From: Octopus sinensis
Lineage: Eukaryota
Assembly: GCF_006345805.1 (NCBI RefSeq)
Contig: NC_043016.1
Coordinates: 30,318,001-30,382,000 of the forward strand
Direction: 5' to 3'
DNA length: 64,000 bases
Under the pieces are notes generated by a model, which saw only the letters and a program-made list of their open reading frames with translations, searched no databases and had not been told where the DNA came from. Positions 32,101-46,400 of this stretch are shown here, piece by piece. Both the position numbers and the translations under genes were made by a program. Each line of letters opens with the position of its first letter. The first letter of the stretch is position 1.

Positions 32101-35100
32101 AATCAAACAGGTAAGATGCATTAAGAATTTCAATTTTAGTGCTTATCTATAATGTTATTGCTTTTATGCCTGTTAATTAAATTTACCTTCCCATAAAAGA
32201 CAAATTTACTCAGCAAGATCAGCTAAAATTACATGACTATAATCCTCTGGTATATAAGCACCCACTGACAAAATTTTAAATCTGCATGTTAAAAATTAAC
32301 AAAGTTACAAGCAAATATTGTGGACACTCCTCTTGAACCCGAATAATTCAAAATAATGTGAACAAATAAGCATTACATTTGACAGATTAATCTGAACACT
32401 AAGGGTTAACCCTTTAGAATTCAAATTATTCTGTCAAATGTAATGCTTATTTGTTCACATTGTTTTCAATTAATCATGGCTTATCTCATAGCTTTGAGAT
32501 TTCGATGATGTGATTATTTAGTTTTAGAATGACATTGTAGGAGTGAGAGGCTGGATCTGGACAGTTTGAGTGTTAAAGCAGATATTAAAACAATGATGGT
32601 ACTTTGTATTTTGCTCCAAAAACAGCATCCTATGTCAGTAAATCCAAAAATTTTCCTTCTTTATTTTTTCAGAATTAAATTTACAAAATTTAAGATACAT
32701 GGAAATATCCTGTCCCCACCCAAGTTCCATCAGTCACTGCATCCTCCTTCTCCACTTTGCATTAACGTCCCTTGGGCAATCCTCTGTTATCCCATTTATA
32801 TTCACATCCTCATACTTTGAGAGTGTGCCACTCTGTAAAGTGATTGGCATTAGAAAAGGCATCCAACTATAAAAACCATGCCTAAATAGAGAGTGAAGAT
32901 TGGTACAGTCCTCTGGCTTGCCAGCTCCTGTTAAACCATCCAACCCATGCCAGCATGGAGAGCTGACATTAAATGATGATGATGATGATGATGATATGGT
33001 CTCTTTTATTCTCTTAAATATAAGAACATTTATGGAAGATTAAAATAAGAAAAAAATATGGAAGAGAATTTACCTGACATTCTCATTGTAACTGTTATTT
33101 TACAGACAACTCGATAAATTTCAATAATAGCTGAAAGTAACAATAAAAATATGTCAAGCTCATTGATGAACCAAGAGAAATATTTATTACATATCTATTA
33201 ATATAAAGCATAAGAGTGATCTTTACTTAATCTTTTGTGTGTTTCAATCATTGGACTGCAGCTTAAAAGATTTAATTGAACAAATGGGCATCAATGCTTA
33301 TTTTTTTAAAGTCTGGTACTTATTCTGTCAGTCTCTTCTGCCAAACTACTATGACACAGGGATGTAAACAAACCAACACCAGTTGTCAAGCAGTGGTGGG
33401 GGACAAACTCAAATACACAAATGACAGGCTTTTTTCAATTTCCATCTACCACATTCACTTACAATGCTTTGGTCAGCCCAGGGATATAGTAGAAGACACT
33501 TGCCCACAGTATCACGCAGTGGGACTGAACCCAAAACCAAGTGGTTGGGAAATAAAATTCTTACTATACAGCTGAGCTTGCACCTACAACGATAATTATG
33601 TTAACTATGTCTTCTTTGAACGCTGAAAAGATGGATTAGAAATAATTGTTATAAGTAGGAATAATTTTTATTAATTTCTTATTTTAAATTCTACAGAATT
33701 AACTCTTCAGATAAAAAAAAATTATAATAATTGTTTCAATTTCCTTTTCTTTTTTTTTTTTGCACAAGGCCAACAATTCTAGGGAAAAGCAAGTCAAATA
33801 CATTGATTCAAGTATTTGGCCAATATTTATCAACCCTGAAGAGACAAAAGGGCAAAGTTGATCTTGGTAGGATTTTAAGCTCAGCATGTAACATCAACAA
33901 GATTCAATGGCAGTTTTTGATTTTTTTAGTAAGTTATTTACAAGAAAAAGAAGTGACCACACTATTTCTAGGGCCACCTCTCAGACAGGCAGGGTTGATG
34001 TGGGTGACAATAAAAATCAAAAAAGTTTGAACATCTGCAGGTTAAAAAAAAACAACAGCTACCCTAATATGGAGGAAACTGGAGGTGATCTGGTACAAGT
34101 ACTTGAAACAGTAAATCTTTCTCAATGTATGTAAGGATGAAGTGATGTTGTTAAACCGAGCTGTATATGAAGCCAGTCCCTGATTAAAAGGGTTTGGTTA
34201 CTTGCTGCATTTTCAAATCTAATGACTTTAATCTATGTGTCCACAAGAGAGAAACTCCAACTTTACATTATGGCTGAGTGGACAGAAGTAGGATTCACAT
34301 CTATTTGTCAAAACAATTACTCCAAGAAAATGCCATACAAGCATGAAAATGGTTTAGAAATTTTAACCCATTTTTTTGTACCATATTCCAATTGAATTAT
34401 GCTACCTTTGTTTCAGTGAATTTTGAAAATAATGAAGAACTCAGTAAAATAATTTTGTCATTAATAAACTGATGTTTGGAATATAAAATTAACATGAGCT
34501 TCTGATAGGTCTTTTAAATTTAATTTAGATCACATCAAAACAGGGAGTATCAGAGAATCTAGGGCTGTTTTTGTAGGTGTCAAAATGTTTTAATTCAGCG
34601 TTTTTCAAACTTTTTTGTTGCGACCCTTTTTATTTATTTGACAACCTACTGAAGGGTCAGGACCCACAGTTTGAAAAATGCTGGTTTATATTCTGCACTT
34701 TGCACCCACTTGCGTTTTTTTCTTTCCTTCTTTTTTGTCATGACCCATTTTATTTATCTTGCGACCCAGTTTGAAAAACTCTAGTTTAACCCTTTAACAT
34801 TGATTATTCTGTCAAATTTAACCTTCTAGCATTTAAACCATCCTTATCTGGCCCAAATATTCTACCTGTTTCAAGTTCAAACCAGTCAGAACCAGCCTCT
34901 TACACCCACCCAAGGATGTCATTCTAAAAAAAACTACTATCACATCATTGAACTTTTGAAGCTGTGAAATAATCTGTGCTTAATTCAAAACAGTATGAAT
35001 AAATAAGCATTACATTTAACAGAAATCTGAATGCTAAAGGGTTAATGTTTATTTATTTACCTTGTTTTAAATTAGTAATACATTATCTCAAAGGCTTGAC

Positions 35101-38100
35101 TTTCCGATAGTATACTTATTTAGTTTTTGAATGACATTGTAGGGTAGGTGTGAAAGGCCAAATTTGGCGAGTTTGAACATAAAACAGGTTGAATTTTTAT
35201 TGAATATGGCCAATTTAAATGCTAAAGGATTAAACAGGTTAACATCTAAAGCAATTGGATGTCAACTAGATGGACCATTTCACCTGTTATTGTACACATG
35301 GAAAACTGACCATTTCACCAATATCAATCATGCAAATATGGAAAATAAAATGGATTTAAATTAAAAATACACAAAAAAAGGCTAAGAGTTTACAAGAGTT
35401 ACCCAGAAAGTTTGAAGAGTAAAGGGTTGCTGTGGGAAATTATAACTCACCCATAATGTAGTCAGCTCCTTGGCATGACTTAATTACTTCATTGCACACA
35501 CACGATGTACTGATAGAGTTGAATACATTATTAGCTTCTTTAATTCTCTGGTAACATTTATCCAAACATTTGGTCCATTCATGACAGTGATGTTCACTTC
35601 CCTGGAGTAGAGAGAGAGAGAGAGAGAGAGGAAAATGAGAAAATGAAATCAAAACAAAAATAAGATCATCATTATCATCATCATTTAAAGGCTGTTGTCC
35701 ATGCTGGCATGGGTTGGATGGTTTGACCAGGGCTGGCAAGCTGGAAGGTTCTAGTCTAATCTGTCATGGTTTCTACAGCTGGAGTTCTACGGTATGGTTT
35801 CTGATTTGGCATGGGGTTCTACAGCTGGATGCTCTTCCTAAAGCCAACCACTCTGAGAGTGTACTGGGTGCTTTTACGTGCCACTGGCACAGGTGCCATC
35901 TGTGTAACACCATTATCAGCCATGACTATGATTTGAGTTGGTTTGCTGGGTTTTCTTCTCAAGCATAGTATAATACTAAAGGTCTCAGTCATCTGTCATT
36001 GCCTCCATGGGGTCCAACACTCAAAAAGGCACTTTTCATGTGGCACCAGCATCAGCCACCTTGCCTCCATGAGGCCCAATGCTCAAAAGGTGCTTTTTAC
36101 ATGCTAGTTACATGACACCAGCATCAGTCATGTCTACAATTTCACTTGGCTATTCAACAACAGCAACAGTAGATTAGCCTGGATTTACTAGATCAACAAA
36201 ATAAAGAATATTGACAACAAACTGAAGCTAAAACCAAGCAATGTATTCAGACATTATAGAAGCTTAACTCTATCCTTCAATACTTTCCATTATTTCTAGA
36301 TATATTCCATCTAAAATTAAACATGAAAGTCAACATATATTTCATTAACTTCTAAAGTTCTTGGATATGATTTTTTACTACCATCATCTAATGTCTGTTT
36401 TCCATGCTGACATGGGTTGCATGATTTGACAGGAGCAGGTAAGGCCATTGGGTCACACCAGGCCCCATTGACTGCTTTGGCATGGTTTTCCTAGATGCCC
36501 TTCCTAATGCCAACTACTCCACATGTTGTATTGGATGCTTTTTATGTGGCATTAGCATCAGTGCTTTTAAAATGTGACACCAGCACCAGTATCAATTCTG
36601 CTGTGGTGGATGGGTTTTCTTGAGAAAAGCAAGGCGCCATACATCTCAGTCTTTTCTCATCTCCTACATAAGCCTCAGTGCCTTGAGATCAGCCAGCCTT
36701 TGATCTCAAGTTCAAGGTTTCAAAACTACTGAAAACTTCAGCTTCTCTCTTTCCTAACTATATTCCTACTGAAATATGAGTTGAAAATAATAATTTGCAA
36801 ACATTTAGTAAAATAACAGACATTGTCATTTAATGGTGGTTGTTGTTTAATGCTTAGTCAGACTTTGTTCACCAGACCTATAAACAAAGGTGTGATCTTC
36901 TCATCATTAAGACAGAGTGTACCCAGGACAACATTAACTTAGATATCTCCCTTTTTAAGGGTATAATTTGAGGGATTATCTATTATATTAAAGTGCTAAC
37001 AAAAGATTCTTGCAGATCAGCAGTGTTAGACTCCCTCACACAAACTGCCAAAACAAAAATCAGTCAAACTGATATAGTATATATTTCTTTAATGCCCTCA
37101 AGGGGCTAAACATAGAGGGGACAAACAAGGACAAAGGGATTAAGTCGATTACATCGACCCCAGTGTATGCACTGGGGTAGTTTATTTATCGACCCCAAAA
37201 GGATGAAAGGCTAAGTCAACCTCGGTGGAATTTGAACTCATAACGTAACAGCAGACGAAATACTGCTAAGCATTTCACCCGGCGCACTGACGTTACTGCC
37301 AGTTCGCCAATATAGTATAATAATATAGTATAATGACTAAACAGCCAATGATGTCACAAAAAAAGCTGGTAGCTCAAATATATTAGCTATATACAGTAGT
37401 CTAGGGCAATCAAAAATTACATCCAATTTAAGTTTGATATACTTATTATTAACTTCTAAATAAAACATTTAAAAAGCCATATTGATCTTTAAAACATGGT
37501 GGTTGTTTTTGATTAACCCTTTTGTTACCATATTTCTTTTGAAATACACTGCCTTTATTTCAAAATTAATTCTGAAAATAATGAAGAAATATCAAGCATG
37601 TGTTTGAACATAAACATGAAATTTTGATGGAGGGATTTACTTTAGATCACTTAAAAACAGGCATTTGTATAGTAGACCCAGGAATAGCTTCAGGCAGATT
37701 GGCATTAAAAGGTTTAAACCATGAAATATCAATGGAGTCAGCTAGTTTCTACGAAACAAAGTCAAGTGACCACTGAATCAAGTCATATATTGGTACATTA
37801 AGTCAATGTTTGGATCATAACTTAAACAAAAAGTTCTTAGATGGAATTATGTTGTAACGTGAATTTTGTAGCAAAGAAGTAGGGGTGGTCTGGTGAATCA
37901 AAACAACCAATTAAATTGTGAATTCTAGGTAAACAAAGACATTGAGCTGGAAATTCAGAAACTTACTTGTACATCTTGAATAACACTGCTGTATCTATCC
38001 CTTGCTATTAAGTTCTCTTTGTTTACAACTGTTTGAGGAGGCACAGGTTGGGGTAATGTTGGCATTGTTCCTGAATAAACAAAACGACCATAACCATTTA

Positions 38101-40380
38101 GCAACATAAAGAACATAAAAAAAAAAAAAAAAATCACAGCTGACACATCTCACCAGTTAATATTTGTATTTTTTATTTCTTTATTGCCCACAAGGGGCCA
38201 AACAATGACAGACAAAGAGATTAAGTCGATTACATTGGCCCCAGTGCGTAACTGGTACTTAATTTATTGACCCCGAAAGGATGAACAACCTCGGCGGAAT
38301 TTGAACTCAGAATGTAACGGCAGACAAAATACCATAAAGCATTTCACCTGGTGTGCTAATTTTCTGCCAGCTCGCCGCAGAAATATTTGTATTTCTGATA
38401 AATAATCCTTTCTAATATTGGCACAAGGCCCAAAATTTTGTGGGAAGGGAACTGTCAAAATTTGAAGGCAGGTGGATACCCAACTGGTAATTTATTCTAT
38501 CAATCCTGAAAGGATGACGGGCAGAGCCGATCTCGGTAAAAACTGAACTGAGAACATGAAAATGGACAAAATGCCACTTAGTATTTTGTATGAAATGCTA
38601 ACAATTCTGCCAGCTTGCTGCCTTTGCTTTTCTAATAAATAGTAATTCTCTCAAATTTTAGCACAAGGTCAGCAATTTCAGAAAGAGGGGTTAGTTGATA
38701 CCACCATGTCCACAATTTGACAATACTTATCTTAACCCTGAAAGGAGAAAAGGTGAAAAGATTGAAACTTGAAACATAAGGAGTTGGAAGAAATACTGCT
38801 TAGCATTTGGTCTGCTCTAACAATTTTTCCAGCTCACCATCATCATCATCATCATCATCATCAACAACAACACTCCTTTTCTCTTTTACTTGGCTCAGTC
38901 ATTTGACTGTGGCCATGCTGGAGCATCACCTTTAGTTGAGCAAATCGACCCCAGGACTTATTCTTTGTAAGCTTGGTACTTATTCTATGGGTCTCTTTTG
39001 CCGAACTGCTAAGTTACGGGAACGTAAACACACTAGCATCGGTTGTCAAGCGATGATGGGGGGAAAAACACACACACAAACATATACACACATGCATATA
39101 TATATATATATATATATACAAACATATATGCGATGGGCTTCTTTCAGTTTCCGTCTACCAAATCCACTCACAAGGCTTTGGTTGGCCCGAGGCTATAGCA
39201 GAAGACACTTTCCAAGGGTGCCATGCAGTGGGACTGAACCTGGAACCATGTGGTTCGTAAGCAAGCTACTTACCACACAGCCACTCTAGCACAAGGCCAG
39301 CAATTTTTGAAGTGAGAGGGAAATCAGTTAGTATTGACCCCAGTACTTAATTATTTGACCCTAAAATGACAAATGACAAAATCAACCTCAGCAGCATTTG
39401 AACTCAGAATGTAAGGAGGAAAGAAATGCTACTGAGTTCAATGTGCCAACAGTAGTTTAACAAGTGTGAGGTTGGTTCAGTGGCTAAGTTTGCTTTGTAA
39501 CCGTATGGTTTCAGGACATCTTGGACATCTTCTGTTCTACAATGGAGAGATCAAGCTTAACTTTCATTACTCTCCCACCCATAAAGCAGACTTAAGTGCA
39601 TGCAATAAAAAAAAATCCTCAAGAAAGTGTAGAACATAGTAGATATGGACAAATCAATCTGTTGCACAGTCTAGAAAAGTTGAAAAAAAAATTCATATAG
39701 GAGTGGCTGTGTGGTAAGTAGCTTGCTTATGAACTACATGGTTCCAGGTTCAGTTCCACTGCGTTGCACCTTGGGCAAGTGTCTTTGGTAGACGGAAACT
39801 GAAAGAAGCCCATTGTATATATGTATATATATGTGTGTGTGTGTGTTTGTGCGTCTGTGTTTTTCCCCCCAACATCACTTGGCAACCAATGCTGGTGTGT
39901 TTACATCCCAGTAGCCTAGCAGTTCGGCAAAAGAGACTGATAGAATAAGTATTACGCTTACAAAGAATAAGTCCTAGGGTCGATTTGCTCGACTAAAGGT
40001 GGTGCTCCAGCATGGCCACAGTCAAAATGACTGAAACAAGTAAAAGAATAAGAGAATAAAAGAAAGTAAATATCATGTAGCTAATTAGGGTAAATCCCAG
40101 CATGTATGTATGTGTATATTTTTCTTTTGTTATCTATGGTATCATCTTTTGCTTTTCCTTCCCTCACCACAACAATCTGTACTTCTCCTGATTTCTAATG
40201 AAATATAGACACTTCACCTAAAGGTAAAATCTTTATTATTTAATTTCTGTCTGATGAATTTCTGAAAGAAAATTCCTTACATGTCTATCTAACATGTGAA
40301 ACTTTGTCATTCCAATTAACAAATGAAACTTGTAATGGTGAATGAATAATAACAAAAACTTTTTTCCATCTTCCTCTTTT

Positions 40381-40413
<33 letters not shown>

Positions 40414-43400
40414 GAAAATAAATTTCTGAAGAAATAACATGGAAACTTACCAACAGGAGTTTCAGCAGTAAGGTTTTGAACACACCTATTTTTATTATCA
40501 TCCGGCACATTCTCTCCGTTATTATCACAAATTTCACCCCATCCCTGGTCATCGTTTCTAAATTCAAGACTGTCAAGAGATTTAGATTCAAGAGTTGTTT
40601 CTTGTTTCTGTAAAGTTTCAAAAGCTGGAAATTCCGAACTAGACACCGATTGGCTGTCAGCGGCCATGTCAGGATCTCTTTGATTTTGTCGTCCAGCCGA
40701 ATTGTAACTGAGTTCAAGACTTGACACAGACTGCGAATCTTCTTTCTGGAACTTGTTGTTATCCTGCCAGCTCAGACTATCAGTGTCCTTTGAAGAATGA
40801 CTATCTTCATCAGCAAAATCAAAGTTACCAGGTTGGCAAGTGGACTGGTTTTCACTTGAGTAAGCTTCAACATTTCGACCTTTTGGCATGTGTACGGGTC
40901 CTGGTCGTAAGTTCGAACATGGGACAGAAGCTGGGAAACCAGTTCTTTCAGTGAAATCAAAACTATCAATACCACGAGAGAAACCACCAAACTCATCTTC
41001 TCCTTCAACGGAATCATCAAGTGGAGGTGGCTCATGGAATAAATCGATTTCAGATGAAAGATTCAGACTGACATTAGATGCAGAAATTGCTGAAGGTTGT
41101 TGTTGAAAGTTTTGAGAAGAACCAGCTGAATTGTCTAGTTTCACTTTTGCTTTTTCCTTCTTTGAGGCATTTCTTTTAGCGCCTTCGACACCATCATTTC
41201 TAGTTAATGTGTCTTCATGGCTTATAGTATTTTCTCGAGGCACGTTCTCCCGCACTTTGAAGAGACTCAATATTTCTCCTCTCTGTAAATTATCTTTCAC
41301 AATAGTCACAAGAGAAGATCCATTGCTGTTAGCTGAATTACCAGACTCAACATCAAAATTGCTTCCATCAGATTCAACTGATTGCTTTTTTTCTGAGAAA
41401 GAATTTGTTGACGAACCAACTTTTGGTGGATGAATAGAAGTATTTTCACCAGAATTTGATGTTATTTGAGTGAAATCCGCCCAGTTATTTAGACTGCTAT
41501 TAGATGATACTTGAAATTCTGCCCAGCCAGGATCATCATCGTCAACAGGATTCACGTTTGATGCCAAAACACTGTTCTTCACTGCAATGTCATAGGGAGG
41601 AGGAATATTGGACTGGGGATCATGACCGGCTGTAATAAAAAAACAAAATAAAGAAAGGGAATAAATTAACTTGTCTGATAATCACAATAACAACAGGATA
41701 GTATTTAAAATAATACTACATACTTTGGTTAATTCATGTGTAAGCTTTCCTGATTTTTTTTTTTGCAAGGCAAAAAAGAAAAGAAAAACAAAGAACTGTT
41801 ATCTTTAAACAACAACAACAAGGTTACATAAATAAATGCCAAATAAAAAAGAGAAAAGAATCATTTCATTAAATATAACAGATATTAATGAACTTGTAAA
41901 CTGTTATTAAATTAATAAGGTTACAGCATAAAATGGATAAAGGTCAGCTTGTGCTGACCATATGCAATTTGAGTTCAATAAATAACTGAAAAGAAAAGAA
42001 AAATTACTTTCAGTATGCTGATCAAATGGAATATGAATCCAGTAACAGGTTTTCTGGGGTTTTATTATCAATCTCAAATAATTTTTTTAGAAATCATGCA
42101 CAAAAAATACTTACTTTAGGAAGCAACATTCCTAATACTGTACCAACTAAACATGTTTTTCCTTGTTATAATAATTTCTTTATTTAATAATTTTTTTTTA
42201 TCATTAATTTTCATTCTTAAAAAAAATACTCTGTTCAACTTGTTAGGGTGGTTGGACAGATGTTATATGAATGAACAAATAATTGCTTTTACGAATGGCA
42301 CAAGGTCAGAAACTTAAAGGAGGAATTAAATCGATAAAATCATACCACTTGGTACTTTTATTTTATCAACTCCTGAAGAATGAAAAACAATGTCGACCTT
42401 GGTAGGAATTGAACTCAGAATGTAAAGAGCTAGAAGAAATACCACAAGACATTTTGTCTGAAGCGCCAACAGTTCTACCAATCCATCATTTAATTTTTAA
42501 TTTAAATTTCAGAGCTGTCTCTCTTAGTTTGATCATGATGCTAGGAAGCTGGGTCTTTTTTCACTTTTTTCTCATCACTAAAGGTGAAATTTTGATCAAT
42601 TTAAATTTCCAGGTTCACCACATTCATTATGTTAACACTCATTAATCTATCTATAGCATAGTGATTAACAGTATAAAATATATTTTAATGGATTTCCAAA
42701 GTTTATAAATTATTATATTTCTTAGTATGCATACAAAAGCTTCTGTTCTATCATGACAGCTACAACCTAATCATACCAACCAGCAATCCAGTTTTTTTGG
42801 GGTCACACCAAGCTGTGCCAATATAATGTGGGATAAATATAGTAGTAGTAGTAGTAGTAATCATCATCATCGTTTAACGTCTGCTTTCCATGCTAGCATG
42901 GGTTGGATGATTTGACTGAGGACTGGCAAGCCAGATGGCTGCACCAGGCTCCAATCTGATCTGGTAGAGTTTCTACAGCTGGATGCCCATCCTAACGCCA
43001 ACCGCTCCGAGTGTGTAGTGGGTGCTTTTACATGCCACTGGCATGAGGGCCAGCCAGGCAGTACAGGCAACGCTCAAATGGTGTTTTTTATGTGCCACCT
43101 GCACAGGAGCTAGTCAAGCGGCACCAGCAATGACCTCGCTTGAATATTTTTTCACGTGCTGCCGGCACAAGTGCCAGTAAGGCGACACTGGTAACGATCA
43201 CGCTCGGATGTTGCTCTTAGTGCTCCACTAGCATAGATGCCAGTCAACGAATTTGATTTTGATTTCGATTTCACTTGCCTCAACAGGTCTTCGCAAGCAG
43301 AGTTTAGTGTCCAATGAAGGAAAGGTAGTAATAGTAATAATAATAAATTCCAGCCGAGGATTATTAATGTTATTATTATTTATAAATATATACATATATA

Positions 43401-46400
43401 CACAGACATAGTACCAAACTTGAGTATGTGCAATGCATAAATTCAAACATAAGACACCTGATTGTGACTGGAGATCAAACTTATTGAAACATAATGTAGA
43501 TGTAAATATTGAAAAAAAAAATTCATTGAAGAGTTTATAGACAGTCCCATCTCAGACATTGAATTTTAGTGCTAAAATTTAAATATAAGAAATTAATAGA
43601 TAATGACAAAAACAACAAAAATTATGAGAAATGAAACTAGAAGATTGAAAGATAATACTGTTTCTAGAATCCTCATTTAATGTCGATTTTAATTAAAAAT
43701 AATTTTTTAGTTTCACAGTAAGGTGAAAATAGTTAGGGCTGAATATACACTTCTTGAGAATTAGTGAGTGTCAGCTCTTAGGAGCTCACGCACTCATTTA
43801 CAGACACACCTACACATACATACCAAGTTCTTAAGGAATAGATGAGTTCTGTAGGTAAGTTCTTGGCCAACTTCATCCTCAAGCATCAAAGCAGGTGTCT
43901 TGATATTGAATAAACTCCAACAACTACAGAAACTATTTAAACAGGCCTGGACTACTAGACACACAATAAGAGTAACTTCTTTTGAGGGTAGTTGGCTGTT
44001 ATTTCTATCAAGTCAATCGACTACAAATATTTTGCTCCTTCAATGGCTCAGAAGTCTTCATCTAGGTGTATAGTGCCATCTATATAATTAAAAATATTTT
44101 AAGTACAAATTTGTCCTATTATTTCTTTGTTTAATTTCAGGCCTCAATGGAACAAATGTGATGTGTTATTGGACTGAATTCTGCTTAGAGCAGGCTAGAT
44201 AGGCACTACTTATTCAGTGAGAAAGTATGGGATGTAACATAGATATGATAATCTTGATGCAAATAAAAGTTTTTTTAATGATAATTTTTGTCTTTTAAAA
44301 TTGGCTTCACATTTTGGCCAACAATTCTGAGGTAGGGAGGGTTAAGTCGATTATATCAATAGCAGTGTTCGACTGATATTTATTTTATCAACCCTGAAAG
44401 GATGAAAGGCAAAGTTGACCTTGCAGCATCTGAAAATTTTGTTTAATAACACAATTAGATGCAAGCTTTTTAGTTTATTCTAAGACTATTCCATATTTTA
44501 ATAAATACCACAAACATAAATTTAGTTGCTATTACTGTCAATTTGGTAAATAAATGTAAATAAAAACCAAGACAAGTGTTACTAAAAAAAGTATGTTAAA
44601 CATATTTTACAAAGGTATTTTACAAACAATTGCTGATAATGAAATTACTTAAGTAAATATCTATGTAGACAATAGTTTACATTTAATATTGGTTCAGTTA
44701 AGGTAATTACATTTTTTTAATTTAAGAATCAACATTGATTTATGATCAAATTAAACATTTACTTTATAAATTACATTGTTTAATTAAGAATTATCTATCA
44801 ACAATAATAACAAAATAAAGAGAAAAGATTTTTTACAAACAACATATATAACATACATAGATCATAAGTGCAATCAGAAATTTACAACAACAGAATAATA
44901 GATAAATTGTTAAAAATATACAAAAAAAAAAAGATAAAATAGTTAGCCAACCACCCAAACCCACACAAAAAAATTAAAATTTCATACAAAATGCAACAGG
45001 AAATAAGCCAGATGTCAAAGCGCAGTTCCCTGTGATTTAATTCACATATTGAAAGAATGGTAAGGGAGAAAGGATTCTTGGACGGAGTTTCTCTAAAAAC
45101 GGTATTTTTTGCGAATATTGTTGGCAAAACTTTCTTAACAACTGTAGCATTTATCAATATACGTTTTATTCAGTAGACGGTGAGTAAAGCAGCTAAGAAA
45201 CAGTCTTATATCAATAACCAAGTGGTCTCAAACATCTTTGTGGACAAAGGATTGACGAATTACTTTCCAAAGATGTCACATCACAGCTAGTTTGTGAACT
45301 TTAAAAAAAATTTATATATATATATATATATATATAATGAAGGTGAGGCAGGAGAAGGTTCATTTTTTTTTTCTTATAAATTCAACAATCGTCAACAATA
45401 ATAGGGTTCCCTAACACTTTATAATAACTTTAAATTCAGTTTAACCCAGCCAGATATGTCTGAATATTGTGAGCATAGTAAAAGTAAGAGTAGAGGCTAA
45501 AGAGAATAATGGTGAAGATGGTGATGATTAAAAGAACAAATGAATATTATATTGGTGTAGTAAGTAAGAAGATGCTAATTTAAAAGATAGATGAAATACC
45601 ATCATTAGCCAGATCCTAAAACAAGACCCAGCTTAATGAAGTTTATGAATCACAGATAAAATAATTAAAGACACATCATAACAGGGAAAATGATAAACGA
45701 ATTAATACAGAAGGAATAAATTAGCTATGAATGATGATGAGATAAAAAATGAATGTAACAATGAAAGTCCTTATAAAGAGTTCTGAAGCTGAGAGGATTA
45801 TTTCTTAATGTTTAGCTAACAATTATGACTATGTAGTATTTAGTTATTTACTATATTGACTATTGTAGTGTTTAGCTGTCAACAATAGTAATTAAGTAGT
45901 GTTTAGCTTACTACAATGAAGTGTTATCTATCTACAATACTAATTAAGTAGTATTTTGTCATCTAATACAGATTTGATAAAAGTTCTCACTTTTATGCTA
46001 GTTTTGATCTAGTATGGCTCAGTGATTAGAGCATCGAGCTTACGATCGTGAGGTTGTGAGTTCGATTCCCGGACCGGGCTGCGTGTTGTGTTCTTGAGCA
46101 AGACACTTTATTTCACATTGCTCCAGTTAACTTAGCTGTAGAAATGAGTTGCGACATCACAGGTGCCAAGCTGCATTGGATCCTTTGCCTTTCCCTTGGA
46201 TAACATCAGTGCTGTGGAGAGGGGAGGCTGGTATGCATGGGCGATTACTGGCCTTCCATAAACAACCTTGCCCGGACTTGTATCTCGGAGAGTAACTTTC
46301 TAGGTGCAATCCTATGGTCATTCATGACTGAAGGGGGTCTCCCCCATTTAGATATCTAATAAAGTGATAATAAAGTGTTTAGTTATTTTCTAATTTGGCA

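Noticed and set aside
40721-41433. Plus-strand and alternative-frame ORFs (77-111 aa) over the large SYNRG exon; likewise 49830-50222 and 59757-59993
   Set aside because: These are shadow ORFs of real SYNRG coding exons with no independent signals.
46013-46085. tRNA gene (also at 22680, 57896 and 21117)
   Set aside because: A/B boxes are present, but there is no complete cloverleaf or acceptor stem, and each continues into a multicopy SINE body.
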